64,000 nucleotides of DNA from Mobula hypostoma. Taxonomy: Eukaryota. How positions within the stretch are numbered: position 1 is the first letter of the stretch; each line of letters starts with the position of its first letter. A program made the translations under genes and the position numbers. The stretch spans positions 252,404,001 through 252,468,000 of the forward strand of contig NC_086097.1 of assembly GCF_963921235.1 (NCBI RefSeq). The letters are read 5' to 3'. The notes beneath the pieces were generated by a model. That model searched no databases. It was not told the origin of the DNA and worked only from the letters and a program-made list of their open reading frames with translations. This document shows, one piece after another, positions 49,999 to 62,944 of this stretch.

Positions 49999-51059
49999 GA
50001 TACTCACAACACGCTGGAGGAACTCAGCAGGTCGGGCAGCATCCGTGGAAACGATCAGTCGATGTTTCGGGCCAGAACTGTTCATCAGGACTGTAGGGGG
50101 AAGGGGCAGAGGCCCTATAAAGAAGGTGGGGGGAGGGTGGGAAGGAGAAGGCTGGTAGGTTCCAGGTGAAAAACCAGTAAGGGGAAAGATAAAGGGATGG
50201 GGGAGGTGATAGGCAGGAAAGGTGAAGGAGGAATAGGGGAAACACAATGGGTAGTAGAAGGAGGCGGAACCATGAGGGAGGAGGTAGGCAACTGGGGGAG
50301 GGGGCAGAGTGACTTAGGGATAGAGGAAGGGAGGGGGAGGGAATTACCGGAAGTTGGAGAACTCTATGTTTATACCAAGGGGCTGGAGACTACCTAGACG
50401 GTATATGAGGTGTTGCTCCTCCAACCTGAGTTTAGCCTCATCATGACAGTAGAGGAGGCCATGTATGGACATATCTGAATGGGAATGGGAAGCAGAGTTG
50501 AAGTGGGTGGCTACTGGGAGATCCTGTCTGTTGTGGCGGATGGAGCGGAGGTGCTCGACGAAGCGGTCCCCCAATCTGCTTCGGGTTTCTCTACGAAGCG
50601 GTCGAGACTACCTAGACTACCGTCTAGGTAGTCTCCAGCCCCTTGTTATGAACATAGAATTCTCCAACTTCCGGTAATTCCCTCCCCCTCCCTTCCTCTA
50701 TCCCTATTTCACTCTGCCCCCTCCCCCAGCTGCCTATCACCTCCCTCATGGTTCCGCCTCCTTCTACTACCCATTGTGTTTTCCCCTATTCTTTCTTCAC
50801 CTTCCCTGCCTATCACCTCCCTGCTTCCCCTCCCCCCGCCCCTTACTGGTTTTTCACCTGGAACCTACCAGCCTTCTCCTTCTCATCCTCCCCCCACCTT
50901 CTTTATAGGGCCTCTGCCCCTTCCCTCTTCAGTCCTGATGAAGGGTTCCAGCCCGAAACGTCGACCAATCTTTTCCACGGATGCTGCCCGACCTGCTGAG
51001 CTCCTCCAGCATGTTGTGAGTATTGCTTTGACCCCAGCATCTGCAGATTATTTTGTGTT
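49999..51059. mobile_element. Large fold-back PLE insertion (subfamily B) with 12-bp TSD, inside a CR1 fragment
   Basis: CAGGGTTTTACA at 49987-49998 and 51060-51071; minus arm encodes GDRFVEHLRSI...RLEEQHLIYRLGSLQPLGINIEFSNF (GIY-YIG C-terminal part); plus arm 50622-51059 repeats it and adds the tail; hammerhead motifs at 50056-50093(-) and 50931-50966(+). Confidence 0.92.
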
Positions 51060-51134
51060 CAGGGTTTTACACAGCTGCAATATTACCTCATGGCTCCTTC
51101 ACATCAAGATCTGAGAAAACGTGTTCTTTTCAAG

Positions 51135-52130
51135 CAGCCTTTCTTAACCTTTTTGCTCTGGAGGAACCCTTGAAATAATTTTTAGGTTTCAGAGAACCCC
51201 AGTGTAAAAATTGTTATATCTACAGCTCACAGTATGTTAGCATGATCAGTAAGTTATAGATATAATAACCCAAAATAATTGTTAATGCTCTTTTGAGTAG
51301 AGAATGAATTTTTAGCCAACTTCTCTTGAAAAAAACAGGTAGTTAAACTTAGCTTACCTTTCTCGAAATTAATCTTTCTTTCCCTTTCATAAATTTTAAA
51401 AACTCATAAGAAAAACACAATAAATTTCTGTTAAATAACTGGCTTAAGCCAAAATAGGATTTAATTTTTCTAAAGGTAGGCCTGGTAGATTTAATTTAAA
51501 TAAAGGTTGTAAATTGATTTTAATTAATGTCATTTACAACATTTACTGACAATGTTGCATAGTAAAGTTACTAAAAACCACAAATCAATCAGTATGAATA
51601 AAAATATAGCCTAAGACATAATTTTATACAAAACTTTGAAAAAACATTTTCTTACTAAGTGATATGATCAATCTCAAATATAGCCCTAGCATGTGAAACC
51701 TGTGCTTGTTTTTTGCTGCACAACTATTCAAATCTGGGTCAGACTTGAGATAAGCACACATAGATTTCACCTTCAACTGAACTGAGACAATTTCTATCCT
51801 TGCTCTTGATGCTTGTTAAACAAGAGAAAGCTTGCTCACGCATGTAAGAAGTTGAAAACTGCAGCAAAATGTTCATTGCTTTCCTATGAGTGACAGGATA
51901 CTCTTCTTTCACAGAAATCCAGAACTTGTCCAGGGGCAGGTTGGTAAATCTCATCTTGAGTGCACGATCAGGCTGCAGCTCACAAAGTTCTTCTTCTCTC
52001 AAATTCAAGTTCTCAAGCTGAGCAGAAGTTTCAGAGAAAGGGTCTCTCGCCCAGTCATACACGTGTTGAGATGGATGAAAAATATTGTTCAATTTGTAGA
52101 GTTCGATCGCTCCCATAATTCAGTTGGTGG
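51135..52130 (-). mobile_element. hAT (Buster/Charlie-like) transposon 3' part
   Basis: ORF 51739-52116 WARDPF...LDKFWISVKEEYP...ILLQFSTSYMREQAFS.L..IKSK.RN (hAT dimerisation domain); CAG-start terminus at 51135. Confidence 0.85.
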
Positions 52131-54214
52131 CACATAAGGGGAAGTTGAGGGAGGTAATTTGGGAGGGAGAGGCTAACATCAGAGACCAAGTTGGGCGAGT
52201 CCGTTCAATGCTTGGAAAATGCACTTCATGCTCTTCATCAGCCTGTACAAATATGAAAGAAAAAAGGAAATAATAGCAATAAATAAATAAATAAGTAATA
52301 CATATTGAGATTATGAGATGAAGAGTCCTTGAAAGTGAGTCTATAGGCTGTGGGAACAGTTCAGTGATGGGACAAGTGAAACTGAGTGAAATTATCACTG
52401 CTGGTTCAAGAGCCTGATGATTGAGGTGTTTCTGAACCTGGTGGTGAGGGTTCTGAGACTCCTGAACCTTCTTCCAGATGGCAGCAGTCAGAAGCAAGCA
52501 TGATCTTGGATGTGGGGGTCCCTGATGACAGATACCGCTTTCTTGTGACATAGTGTGGATGTGCTTAATGGTTGGGAGGGCTTTACCTGTGATGGACTGG
52601 GTTGTATCCACCAGTTCTTGTGTGTTCAGAATTAAATTGAGGGTGTTTAAGGAGGAGATTGACAGGTATCTAATTAGCCAGGGTATCAAGGGATATGGGG
52701 AAAAAGCAGGAAATTGGAACTAGATGGGTGAATAGTTTAGCTCATGGGGGAGCTGCGGAGCAGACTCGATGGGCCGAATGGCCTGCTTCTGCTCCTTTAT
52801 CTTGTAATCTTGTGATCTTGTGAAATTTCTGACCTATATAATCAACCAGAATCCATGCATCAGCTTTGTTTTCATGTATCACACTCATTTCCTACAGACA
52901 AAATAAATACAGCTCAGATGGGTCCATGTCTCAATCCATTGAACTTTGCCGAGAATGCCTTCACACCAACGTAAAGAAGAATTGAAACTTCATCTCTTTT
53001 TTATTCTTTATTTACTTATTGAGGTAATCACAGAGTAGGCCCTGTCAACCTGTCGAGCCCCAACAACCCCTAACAACCCTGGTTTAACCCTTCCCTAATC
53101 ACAGGACAATTTACAATGGCCAACGAACCACGAACCCACCAGTTTGTCTTTGGACTGTGGGAGGAAACTGGAGCACCCAGAGAAAAGCACGCATCCCATG
53201 GGGAGAGCATACAGATTCCTTACAGAAGAAATCTGAACTCTAATGCCCCAAAAGGTGATGACATTTTGGTAACCAATGCACTGCCCTTTTGCCTCTATTC
53301 CTCTGTCTATCAAATCCCCCCCTTACCAAATGGTCAGTGAACGGATTTCAGTCTGATCTATGTACGCCTCAAGTGAAAATTACCCACACAATCTCCAAAT
53401 AGCTGGGACGATGAGAGGGTTGATTTCACATGGAGCCTATTTACAAATTAAACTGGCTTGACTAAAATGAAAATGCTCAGGAAATAAATTATAGGTGAAA
53501 AGCTATTTTTCTGTAAACTGGAACTAATCCTGGATCTTTAATTTACATCAAATGCCATATTTGAAGAACCATTGCAAGGAGAATTGATTTCTGCAGACTT
53601 GATGACTGACCATAAGACATAGGAGCAGAATTAGGCCATTCAGCCCATCAAGTCTGCTCCACCATTTGATCATTTATTATCCTTCTAACCCCATTCTTTT
53701 GCCTTTTCCTCTAACCCTCCGCTTTAAATATACCCAATGACTTGGCCTCAACAGCCATTTGTGATGATGAATTCTGCAGTTTCACAACCCTCTGGATAAA
53801 GAAATTCCTCCTCATCTCTGTTTTAAAGAGACATCATTGGATGCTCCCACTGTAGGAAACATGCTGTCCACGTCCACTCTGTCTAGGCCTTTCAATAGTA
53901 CAAGCAATGAGCAAAACCCACATGAAAGAACTACTTCCCTATGTAGTTTAGTTGCCAGCCAGTTTCTAGAGTAGCGGAAGTCGCAGTTTTTAAGCTACCA
54001 CTTTTACTTGCTTCGGTTTTCAGTTTCCAAAAGTCCCCTGCAAGCCAGTGAAAATCCACACAAGCTGTTTTGTGCACACTTACAAGATGCAGGCCTACGC
54101 ACCTTTGAAGCTATGGAAAAGCTGTTATTCCAGTCACAGTTGAAAACCATTTCAGTTCCTTGGAATAAACAGTTGATGTTCAAGCTGGGACCCTTAATCA
54201 AGACATACTGTTAT

Positions 54215-55020
54215 TCCCCATTCTGGATCCCCCCTTACCCCTTCTCTTCTCCTCACTTGCCTGTCACCTCCCTCTAGCAGCCCTCTTCCTTCCCTTTCTC
54301 CCATGGTCCACTGTCGTTTCCTGTCAGATTCCTTCTTCTTTACCTATCATCTCCCAATTTTTTTACTTCACCCCCTCCCCCACCCACCCATCTTCCCCCT
54401 CTCCTGGTCTCACCTATCGCCTTCTTGCATGTACTCCTTACGCTCCCCCACCCTCTTATTCTAGCTTCGGCCCCCTTCCTTTACCATCCTGGTGAGGGTC
54501 GTTAAACTGCCACAAAGAAGCCATGCTCTCCGGTTGGAAGAGCAACACTTCATATTCCGTCTGGGTAGCTTCCAACTTGATGGTATGAACATTGATTTCT
54601 CCAAGTTCTGGTAATTTCTCCCCCTCCCCCTTCCACATCCTGCCTCCCCTCTCAACCCTTCTCTTCTGCTCACCTGCCTATCTCCTCCCTCTGGTGCCCT
54701 CCTCTTCCCTTTCTCCCATTGATCCACTCTCCTCTCCTTTCAGAATCCTTCTTCAGCCCTTTACCTCTTCCATCGATCACCTCCCAGCTTCTTGCTTCAT
54801 CCCCCTCAGCTGATCTCACCCATCACCTTCCAGCTTGTACAGGTCTCGCTCCACACCCTCCCGTTCTGGCATCTTCCCCGTCCTTTCCAGTCCCAGTGAA
54901 GGGCATCAGCCTGAAACATCGACTGTTTTATTAATTTCCAGCTGCCTGACCTGCCGAGTTCCTCCAGCATTCTGCGTGTGTTGCTCTGGATCTCCGGCAT
55001 CTGCAGAATCTGGTGTGTTG
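54215..55020 (+). mobile_element. Old PLE 3' region, partly duplicated
   Basis: EEQHFIFRLGSFQLDGMNIDFS codons at ~54537-54600; decayed hammerhead at ~54889-54926; terminal tail. Confidence 0.75.
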
Positions 55021-56281
55021 ATGATTTCCCGGGAAGTGTTTTGTGTTGTGACTTTGCTGATAACTTTAGAGCCAGCATTGTGTTTAAGCTGTCGACATTC
55101 TGCAAGGATGTATTTCAACAGTTCACAGAATGGGAGCGGTTCTGAACCGAACTGTAAGGTAGAAATGGAGAGATTAACTTTGTATTTCACACAACCAGTG
55201 GAATGCATTATTTTGTGTTAACAATTGAAACATTCTGAGGATGTGCTGGGGGGCAGCCCATGGTTCCAGCTGCAACATAGTATGCCCACAGCTTACCAAC
55301 CCTAACACACGTCTTTGGAATGAGGGAGGAAACCGGGGCACCCGGAGAAAAACCATGCGGTCATGAGGAGAGCGTAGAAACTCCTCACAGACAGCTCCGG
55401 GAATTGAACTCTGATCGGTGGTCCCTGACGCTCTGAAGCATCACACAAACCACTTTGCTACCGTGCCATTAATCCCCGAGAATGAGTATTTCTAATTCTC
55501 ATCTCCAGAGACCTCCTATCACCACATTACACTCGGGACAGCGCGCAGACGTGATGGTTAGCGTTATGCTTTACAGTGACCCAGGTTCCATTCCAGCCAC
55601 CATCCATAAGGAGGAGTTTTCCCTGTGACTACGTGGGTTTCCTCCGGGTGCTCTGGTTTCCTCCCACACTCCAAAGATGTATGACCGCACTGGTGGCCCG
55701 CGGGGTAATTTCTCTTGGCAGAGTTTCTACAGAGAAGCAGCTGCTGACAAGAGACTCAAGGTCCATTTGTCTCTGTACTACACTGTGCCACCGAGACCAC
55801 CGAGACCAGGGTCATCCACTCTGTGGGGAAGCTGGAAGTAAAACCGAATCAGGAAGTGTTGCATCTGTTACAACAGGAAAGCAGAAGCTGTCAGCTGCAG
55901 CACTGCTGTTCCAAGACATAACTTTATTAAAGGGCTTCTTCCCACCAGATCTTTATTAAAGGGTTTCTTCTTACCAGAACTTTGTTAAAGGGTTCCTTCC
56001 TACTTGCATATCATTGCTGAGAATTTCTTGCTCTGTAACCAGCAAAGCTGAGGAAGGCAAGGCTGCGGATGCTGTCTGTGGACTTCAGCAAGGCCTTTGA
56101 CAAGGTCCCGCATAGGAGGCTGGTCAAGAAGGTTCAGCTACTCGGCATTCAAGATGAGGTAGTAAATTGCATTAGGGGCTGGCTTTGTGGGAGAAACCAG
56201 AGAGTGGTAGTAGATGGTTGCCTCTCTGACTAGTGGAGTGCCACAGGGATTGGTGCTGGGTCCATTGATTTTTGTCATCTA

Positions 56282-56547
56282 CGAGGGGTGATTGATAACT
56301 TTGTGGCCTAAGGTAGAAGGAGTCAATTTTAGAAAACCTAGCACATTTATTTTTCAACATAGTCTCCTCCTACATTAAACTCATCAGTTAATAACTCATC
56401 AGGGGTGATTAATAAATTCATGGCCTAACGTAGAAGGAGATGAGTTATTAACTTCAAACTTTCTGCATAATCACTCAAAGAATTGACCTGCATGTGCATG
56501 TAACGAGAGCTGTATAACTCCTCTCCTTCTACCTCAATCACCCCTTG
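56282..56547. mobile_element. Mariner-like MITE inserted in a CR1 RT fragment (~56065-56580)
   Basis: TA then CGAGGGGTGATTGA, and TCAATCACCCCTTG at the other end; a third internal copy of the left end at ~56400. Confidence 0.65.
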
Positions 56548-57094
56548 AATGTCAATGATCTGGATGATAATAGGGTTAGCAAACATGGTATAAGACCATA
56601 AGATATAGGAGCATTTGGCCCATCGAGTCTGCTCCACCATTTCATTCATGGCTGATCCAATTTTCGTCCCAGCTGCAATCTCCTGCCTTTCCCCATAGCC
56701 TTTCGTGCCCTGACTAATCAGGAATCTATCAACCTCTGTCTTAAATGTACCCAATGACCTGGCCTCCACAGCTACCTGTGGCAATGAATTCCACAGGTTC
56801 ACTACTCTCTGGCTAAAGAAATTTCTCCTCATAAGACCAAAAGCCATAGGAGCAAAATTAGGCCATTCAGCCCGTCGAGTCTGCTTTGCCATTCTATCGT
56901 GGCTGATCACGGATCCCACTCAACCCCTTACACCTGCCTTCTCACCATATCCTTTGATGCCCTGACTGATCAGGAGACGATCAACTTACACCGTAAATAT
57001 ACACACGGACTTGTCCTCCACCGCAGTCTGTGGGAGACCATCCCACAGATTTACTAGTCTCTGGCTTAAAAAAATTCCTCCTTACCTCTGTTCT

Positions 57095-57240
57095 AGGCTG
57101 GCCGGTGGTGCAATGGCATCAACGCCGGATTCTGGAACGAAGGCTCCCGAGTTCGAATCCGAGTCGGGCCACCCCCTGAGCACGCTTTCCATCTGTGCCG
57201 GGTTGAGCGTCGAGCTAGCCACTTGGCCTCGTAAAAAAGA
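57095..57240 (+). mobile_element. tRNA-derived SINE, 3'-truncated
   Basis: A-box-like TGGTGCAATGG and B-box GAGTTCGAATCC; homologue at ~47856-48064(-). Confidence 0.7.
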
Positions 57241-60200
57241 AGGGTTGAGTGAGGAACATTCATATCGTGACCCGGTTAATCCAAAAAAATTAAAGAGGCT
57301 AGACGAGAGGAGGTTAGTTCACAACAGGGGGATGGGAATGAGTGCAGAGAGACAGAGGGGTGTAAAGTGAGGGTAGAAGCAAAAAGTAGTAAGGTGAAAA
57401 GTAAAAGTGGCAGGCTGGCAAATCCAGGGCAAGCATCAAAAAGGGCCACTTTTTCAACATAATTGTATAAGGGCTAAGAGAGTTGTAAAAGCGCACCTGA
57501 AGGCTTTGTGTGTCAATGCAAGGAGCATTCGTAACAAGGTGGATGAATTAAAAGTGCAGATTGTTACTAATGAATATGATATAGTTGGGATCACAGAGAC
57601 ATGGCTCCAGGGTGACCAAGGATGGGAGCTCAACGTTCAGGGATATTCAATATTCAGAAGGGATAGACATGAAAGAAAAGGAGGTGGGGTGGCGTTGCTG
57701 GTTAAAGAAGAGATTAATGCAATAGAAAGGAAGGACATAAGCCGGGAGGATGAGGAATCGATATGGGTAGAGCTGCATAACACTAAGGGGCAGAAAATGC
57801 TGGTGGGAGTTGTGTACAGGCCACCTAACAGTAGTAGTGAGGTTGGGAATGGTATTAAACAGGAAATTAAATATGTGTGCAATAACGGAACAGCAGTTGT
57901 AATGGGTGACTTCAATCTACATGTAGATTGGGTGAACCAAATTGGTAAGGGTGCTGAGGAAGAGGATTTCTTGGAATGTATGCGGGATGGTTTTTTGAAC
58001 CAACATGTCGAGGAACCAACTAGAGAGCAGGCTATTCTAGACTGAGTATTGAGCAATGAGGAAGGGTTAATTAGCAATCTTGTCGTGAGAGGCCCCTTGG
58101 GTAAGAGTGATCATAATATGGTTGAATTCTTCATTAAGATGGAGAGTGACATAGTTAATTCAGAAATAAAGGTTCTGAACTTAAAGAAGGGTAACTTTGA
58201 AGGTATCAGATGTGAATTAGCTAAGATAGACTGGCAAATGGCACTTAAAGGGTTGACGGTGAATATGCAATGGCAAGCATTTCAAGATCACATGGATGAA
58301 CTACAACAATTGTTCATCCCAGTTTGGCAAAAGAATAAATCAAGGAAGGTAGTGCACCCGTGGCTGACAAGGGAAATTAGGGATAGTATCAATTCCAAAG
58401 AAGAAGCATACAAATTAGCCAGAAAAAGTGGCTCACCAGAGGACTGGGAGAAATTCAGAGTTCAGCGGAGGAGGACAAAGGGCTTAATTAGGAAGAGGAA
58501 AAAAGATTATGAGAGAAAACTGGCAGGGAACATAAAAACTGACTGTAAAAGCTTTTATAGATATGTGAAAAGAAAAAGATTGGTTAAGACAAATGTAGGT
58601 CCCCTACAGACAGAAACAGGTGAATTGATTATGGGGAGCAAGGACATGGCAGACCAATTGAATAATTACTTTGGTTCTGTCTTCACTAAGGAGGACATAA
58701 ATAATCTTCCGGAAATAGTAGGGGACAGGGGGTCCAGTGAGATGGAGGAACTGAGCGAAATACATGTTAGTAGGGAAGTGGTGTAAGGTAAATTGAAGGG
58801 ATTCAAGGTGGATAAATCCCCAGGGCCAGATGGTCTGCATCCTAGAGTGCTTAAGGAAGTAGCCCAAGAAATAGTGGATGCATTAGTGACAATTTTTCAA
58901 AACTCTTTAGATTCTAGACTAGTTCCTGAGGATTGGAGGGTGGCTAATGTAACCCCACTTTTTAAAAAAGGAAGGAGAGAGAAACCGGGGAATTATAGAC
59001 CGGTTAGCCTAACATCAGTGGTGGGGAAAATACTAGAGTCAGTTATCAAAGATGTGATAACAGCACATTTGGAAAGCGGTGAAATGATCGGACAAAGTCA
59101 GCATGGATTTGTGAAAGGAAAATCATGCCTGACGAATCTCATAGAATTTTTTGAGGATGGAACTAGTAGAGTGGATAGGGGAGAACCAGTGGATGTGCTA
59201 TATTTGCATTTTCAAAAGGCTTTTGACAATGTCCCACACAGGAGATTCGTGTGCAAACTTAAAGCACACGGTATTGGGGGTAAGGTATTGATGTGGATAG
59301 CGAATTGGTTGGCAGACAGGAAGCAAAGAGTGGGAATAAACGGGACCTTTTCAGAATGGCAGGCAGTGACTAGTGGGGTACCGTAAGGCTCAGTGCTGGG
59401 ACCCCAGTTGTTTACAATATATATTAATGACTTGGATGAGGGAATTAAATGCAGCATCTCCAAGTTTGCGGATGACACGAAGCTGGGCGGCAGTGTTAGC
59501 TGTGAGGAGGATGCCAAGAGGATGCAGGGTGACTTGGATAGGTTAGGTGAGTGGGCAAATTCATGGCAGATGCAATTTAATGTGGATAAATGTGAAGTTA
59601 TCCACTTTGGTGGCAAAACCAGGAAAACAGATTATTATCTGAATGGTGGCCAATTAGGAAAAGGGGAGGTGCAACGAGACCTGGGTGTCATTATACACCA
59701 GTCATTGAAAGTGGGCATGCAGGTACAGCAGGCGGTGAAAAAGGCGAATGGTATGCTGGCATTTATAGCGAGAGGATTCGAGTACAGGAGCAGGGAGGTA
59801 CTACTGCAGTTGTACAAGGCCTTGGTGAGACCACACCTGGAGTATTGTGTGCAGTTTTGGTCCCCTAATCTGAGGAAAGACATCTTTGCCATAGAGGGTG
59901 TACAAAGAAGGTTCACCAGATTGATTCCTGGGATGGCAGGACTTTCATATGAAGAAAGACTGGATGAACTAGGCTTATACTTGTTGGAATTTTGAAGATT
60001 GAGGGAGGATCTGATTGAAACGTATAAAATCCTAAAGGGATTGGACAGGCTAGATGCAGGAAGATTGTTCCCGATGTTGGGGAAGTCCAGAACGAGGGGT
60101 CACAGTTTGAGGATAAAGGGGAAACCTTTTAGGACTGAGATTAGGAAAAACTTCTTCACACAGAGAGTGGTGAATCTGTGGAATTCTCTGCCACAGGAAA

Positions 60201-60403
60201 CAGTTGAGGCCAGTTCATTGTCTATATTTAAGAGGGAGTTAGATATGTCCCTTGTGGCTAAAGGGATCAGGGGGTATGGAGGGAAGGCTGGTACAGGGTT
60301 CTGAGTTGGATGATCAGCAATGATCATACTGAATGGCGGTGCAGGCTCGAAGGGCCAAATGGCCTACTCCTGCACCTATTTTCTATGTTTCTATGTTTCT
60401 ATG
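57241..60403 (+). mobile_element. Near-complete CR1 ORF2 copy with (TTTCTATG)n tail
   Basis: EN motifs (NARSIRNK, GITETWL, GVVYRPP, GDFN, SDH) and the full RT motif set; 8-mer tail at 60380-60403. Confidence 0.97.
57407..60304 (+). pseudogene. CR1 ORF2 (endonuclease-reverse transcriptase) with 4 premature stops, single frame
   Basis: ORFs 57407, 58049, 58793, 59393 and 59999 are all in the same frame, separated by stops at 58043, 58784, 59384 and 59993. Confidence 0.93.
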
Positions 60404-60409
60404 CCAAAA

Positions 60410-61760
60410 ACAGTTTAAACTGCCTACTTCCAACCACCTGCACCAGGGCCATATCCGTTCATACCCTTGCCATCCATGTACCTATCCAAACTTCTCTTCA
60501 ATGTTGAAATCGAGCTTGCATGCACCACTTGTACTGGCAGCTCGTTCCACACTCTCACCACCCTCTGGGTGAAGAAGTTTCCCCTCATGTTCCCCTTAAA
60601 CCTCTCACCTTTCACCCTTAACCCATGACCTCTATTGTAGTCCCACCCAACCTCAGTGGAAAAAACTTGTTTGCATTTACCCCATCTATACCCCTCAGAA
60701 TTTAGTATACCTCTATCAAATCTCCTCTCAATCTTTTATGTTCTAAAGAATATAGTCCTAACCTATTCAATCTTTCCTTATAACTCAGGTCATCCAGACC
60801 CAACAACATCCTTGTAAATTTTTTTCTGCACTCTTTCAACTTTATTTACATCTTTTCTGGAGTTAGGTGACCAAAACTGCACACAATGCTCCAAATTTGG
60901 CCTCACCAATGTCTTGAATAACTTCAACTTAACATCCCATCTCCTGTACTGAATACTTTGATTTATGAAGGCCGATTTGCCAAAAGCTTTCTTTACGACC
61001 CTATCTACCTGTGACACCACTTTCAATGAATTATGTACCTGTATTCCCAGATCCTTTTGTTCTACCATACTGCTCTGTGCCCTCCCGTTCATTGTGTAAA
61101 TCCTACCCTGGTTGGTCCTACCAAAGTGCAAAATCTCGCACTTGTCTGCATTAAATTCCATCTGCCATTTTTCAGCCCATTTTTCCATCTGAGGCAGATG
61201 CCTCTGCAAGGCATGATAGCCTTCCTCACTGTCCTCTACATCCCCAATCTTGGTGCTATCTGCAAATTTGCTGATCCAGTTAACCACATTATCATCTAGA
61301 TCATTGATATAGATGACAAATAACAATGGACCTAGCACCAATCCCTGTTCCATGCCATTAGTCACAGGTCTCCAGTTGGAGAAGCAGTCACTTACTATCA
61401 CTCTCTGGCTTCTTCCACAAAGACAATGTCTGAACCAATTTACTAGCTCATCTTGAATGCCAAGTGACTGAATCATCTTGACCAACCTCCCATGCAGGAC
61501 CTTGTCAAATGCCTTGCTAAGGTCCATGTAGACAATATCCACTGCCTTGCCTTCATCCACTTTCCTGGCAACTTTCTCAAAAAGCTCTGTAAGATTATTT
61601 AGACATGAGTTACCATGCACGAAGCCATGCTGACTATCCTTGATCTCAGTTCATGTCTATCCAAATACTTACATATCCAGTCCCTTAGAATACCTTCCAA
61701 TAACTTTCCCACTACTGGCGTCAGGCTCACTGGCTTATAATTTCCTGGTTTCTGTTTAGA
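60410..61760 (-). mobile_element. Older CR1 LINE fragment
   Basis: ORF 60790-61620 AVDIVYMDLSKAFDKV...QGLVLGPLLF...KFADSTKIG. Confidence 0.92.
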
Positions 61761-62089
61761 GCGGAAGAACACTGGCTATCCAAAGTTAAAAGGCTGGCAG
61801 AACACCTTGGTCCAAAGATCTGGTACTGTTCTTTAATGATCTAGGATCCTACGCTGGGAAAGCACATACAAGAACTTAAAAAGACTGTTCAACCAACATA
61901 GTCTGGTTACCTTGCTTCTCATAGAACTCATAGTTCCACTCTCCCTAAGACATAGAAGCAGAATTAGGCCATTTGGCCCATCCAGTCTGCTCCATCATTC
62001 ATCGCATTTGCCCTACTGAGGTGCAACACCTCACATTTACATTGTGCTGGAACATGTTGCTGTTAGGAAAAAGGAATTGCTGGGACCTT

Positions 62090-62545
62090 TGAGAATCACC
62101 AGCCTTCCTGCCATCAAGGAAATATGTACTGAAAGGTGCTGGAAAAGAGCCAGTAACTTCATGGAGGATCCCACACATCCTGATCATGGACTGTTTGTCC
62201 CACTTCCATCAGGGAGGAGGCTACATAGCGTCCACACCAGAACTATCAGACTTTCCCCAAGCAGTAAGGCTGATCAACACCTCCACCCACTAACCCACCC
62301 CTCCACACCCACAATCACCACTACTTTATCATTTCCTGTCAGTCACCATATATACAGACACTCCTGTGCCCCAACATCACTTTATGGACATACAATCAAT
62401 GTATGTATATAAACTGTTGTGTTTTTTATTATTGTGTTCTTTATTTTATTGTGTTTTTTTTGCTGCATTGGTTCCGGAGTAACAAATATTTTCTAAACGT
62501 CTCCTTTACGCTTGTGGACTGGTAATGACATTAAGCAATCTTGAA
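62090..62545 (+). mobile_element. Rex1/Babar-type LINE 3' end
   Basis: LPAIKEICTERCWKRASNFMEDPTHPDHGLFVPLPSGRR. Confidence 0.82.
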
Positions 62546-62806
62546 GTCCCCAGGGCTGGGTGGGATATACCCGGTTACCATGCGAATTGAGATATTAGAC
62601 TGACTGCTGCACCTTTGCCAATGATCTTTGCGCTGTCATTAGCCTCAGAAGCTGTTCCTAAAACATTGAGTGTGTGTCTTCAGGCTCCTGTACCTGTACC
62701 TCCTTGATGCTGAGGGGGCTAGTATCCAAGATGGAGCTGGCTGAACTGCAGCTTTTCCTGATTTGTACAGAGGCCCTCCCAAACCGGATGGTGATGTAAT
62801 CAGTCA

Positions 62807-62944
62807 ACGCTCACAACACGCTGGAGGAACTCAGCAGGTCGGGCAGCATCCGTGGAAACGATCAGTCAACGTTTCGGGCTGGAACCTTTCGTCAGGACTG
62901 AATGTGGCTTTGACCCTGGCATCTGCAGAGTATTTTGTGTTTAC
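62807..62944. mobile_element. Very short inverted PLE insertion (subfamily B) with ~14-bp TSD
   Basis: GATGTAATCAGTCA (62793-62806) and GATGTGATCAGTCA (62945-62958); minus-strand hammerhead segment ~62863-62900 joined to a plus-strand tail. Confidence 0.82.

Noticed and set aside
51739..52116. Domesticated hAT gene (ZBED-like)
   Set aside because: Only a truncated C-terminal fragment next to a transposon terminus.
54008..54277. 89-aa ORF in partly unique sequence
   Set aside because: No recognisable domain or splice donor, and it runs into a PLE UTR.
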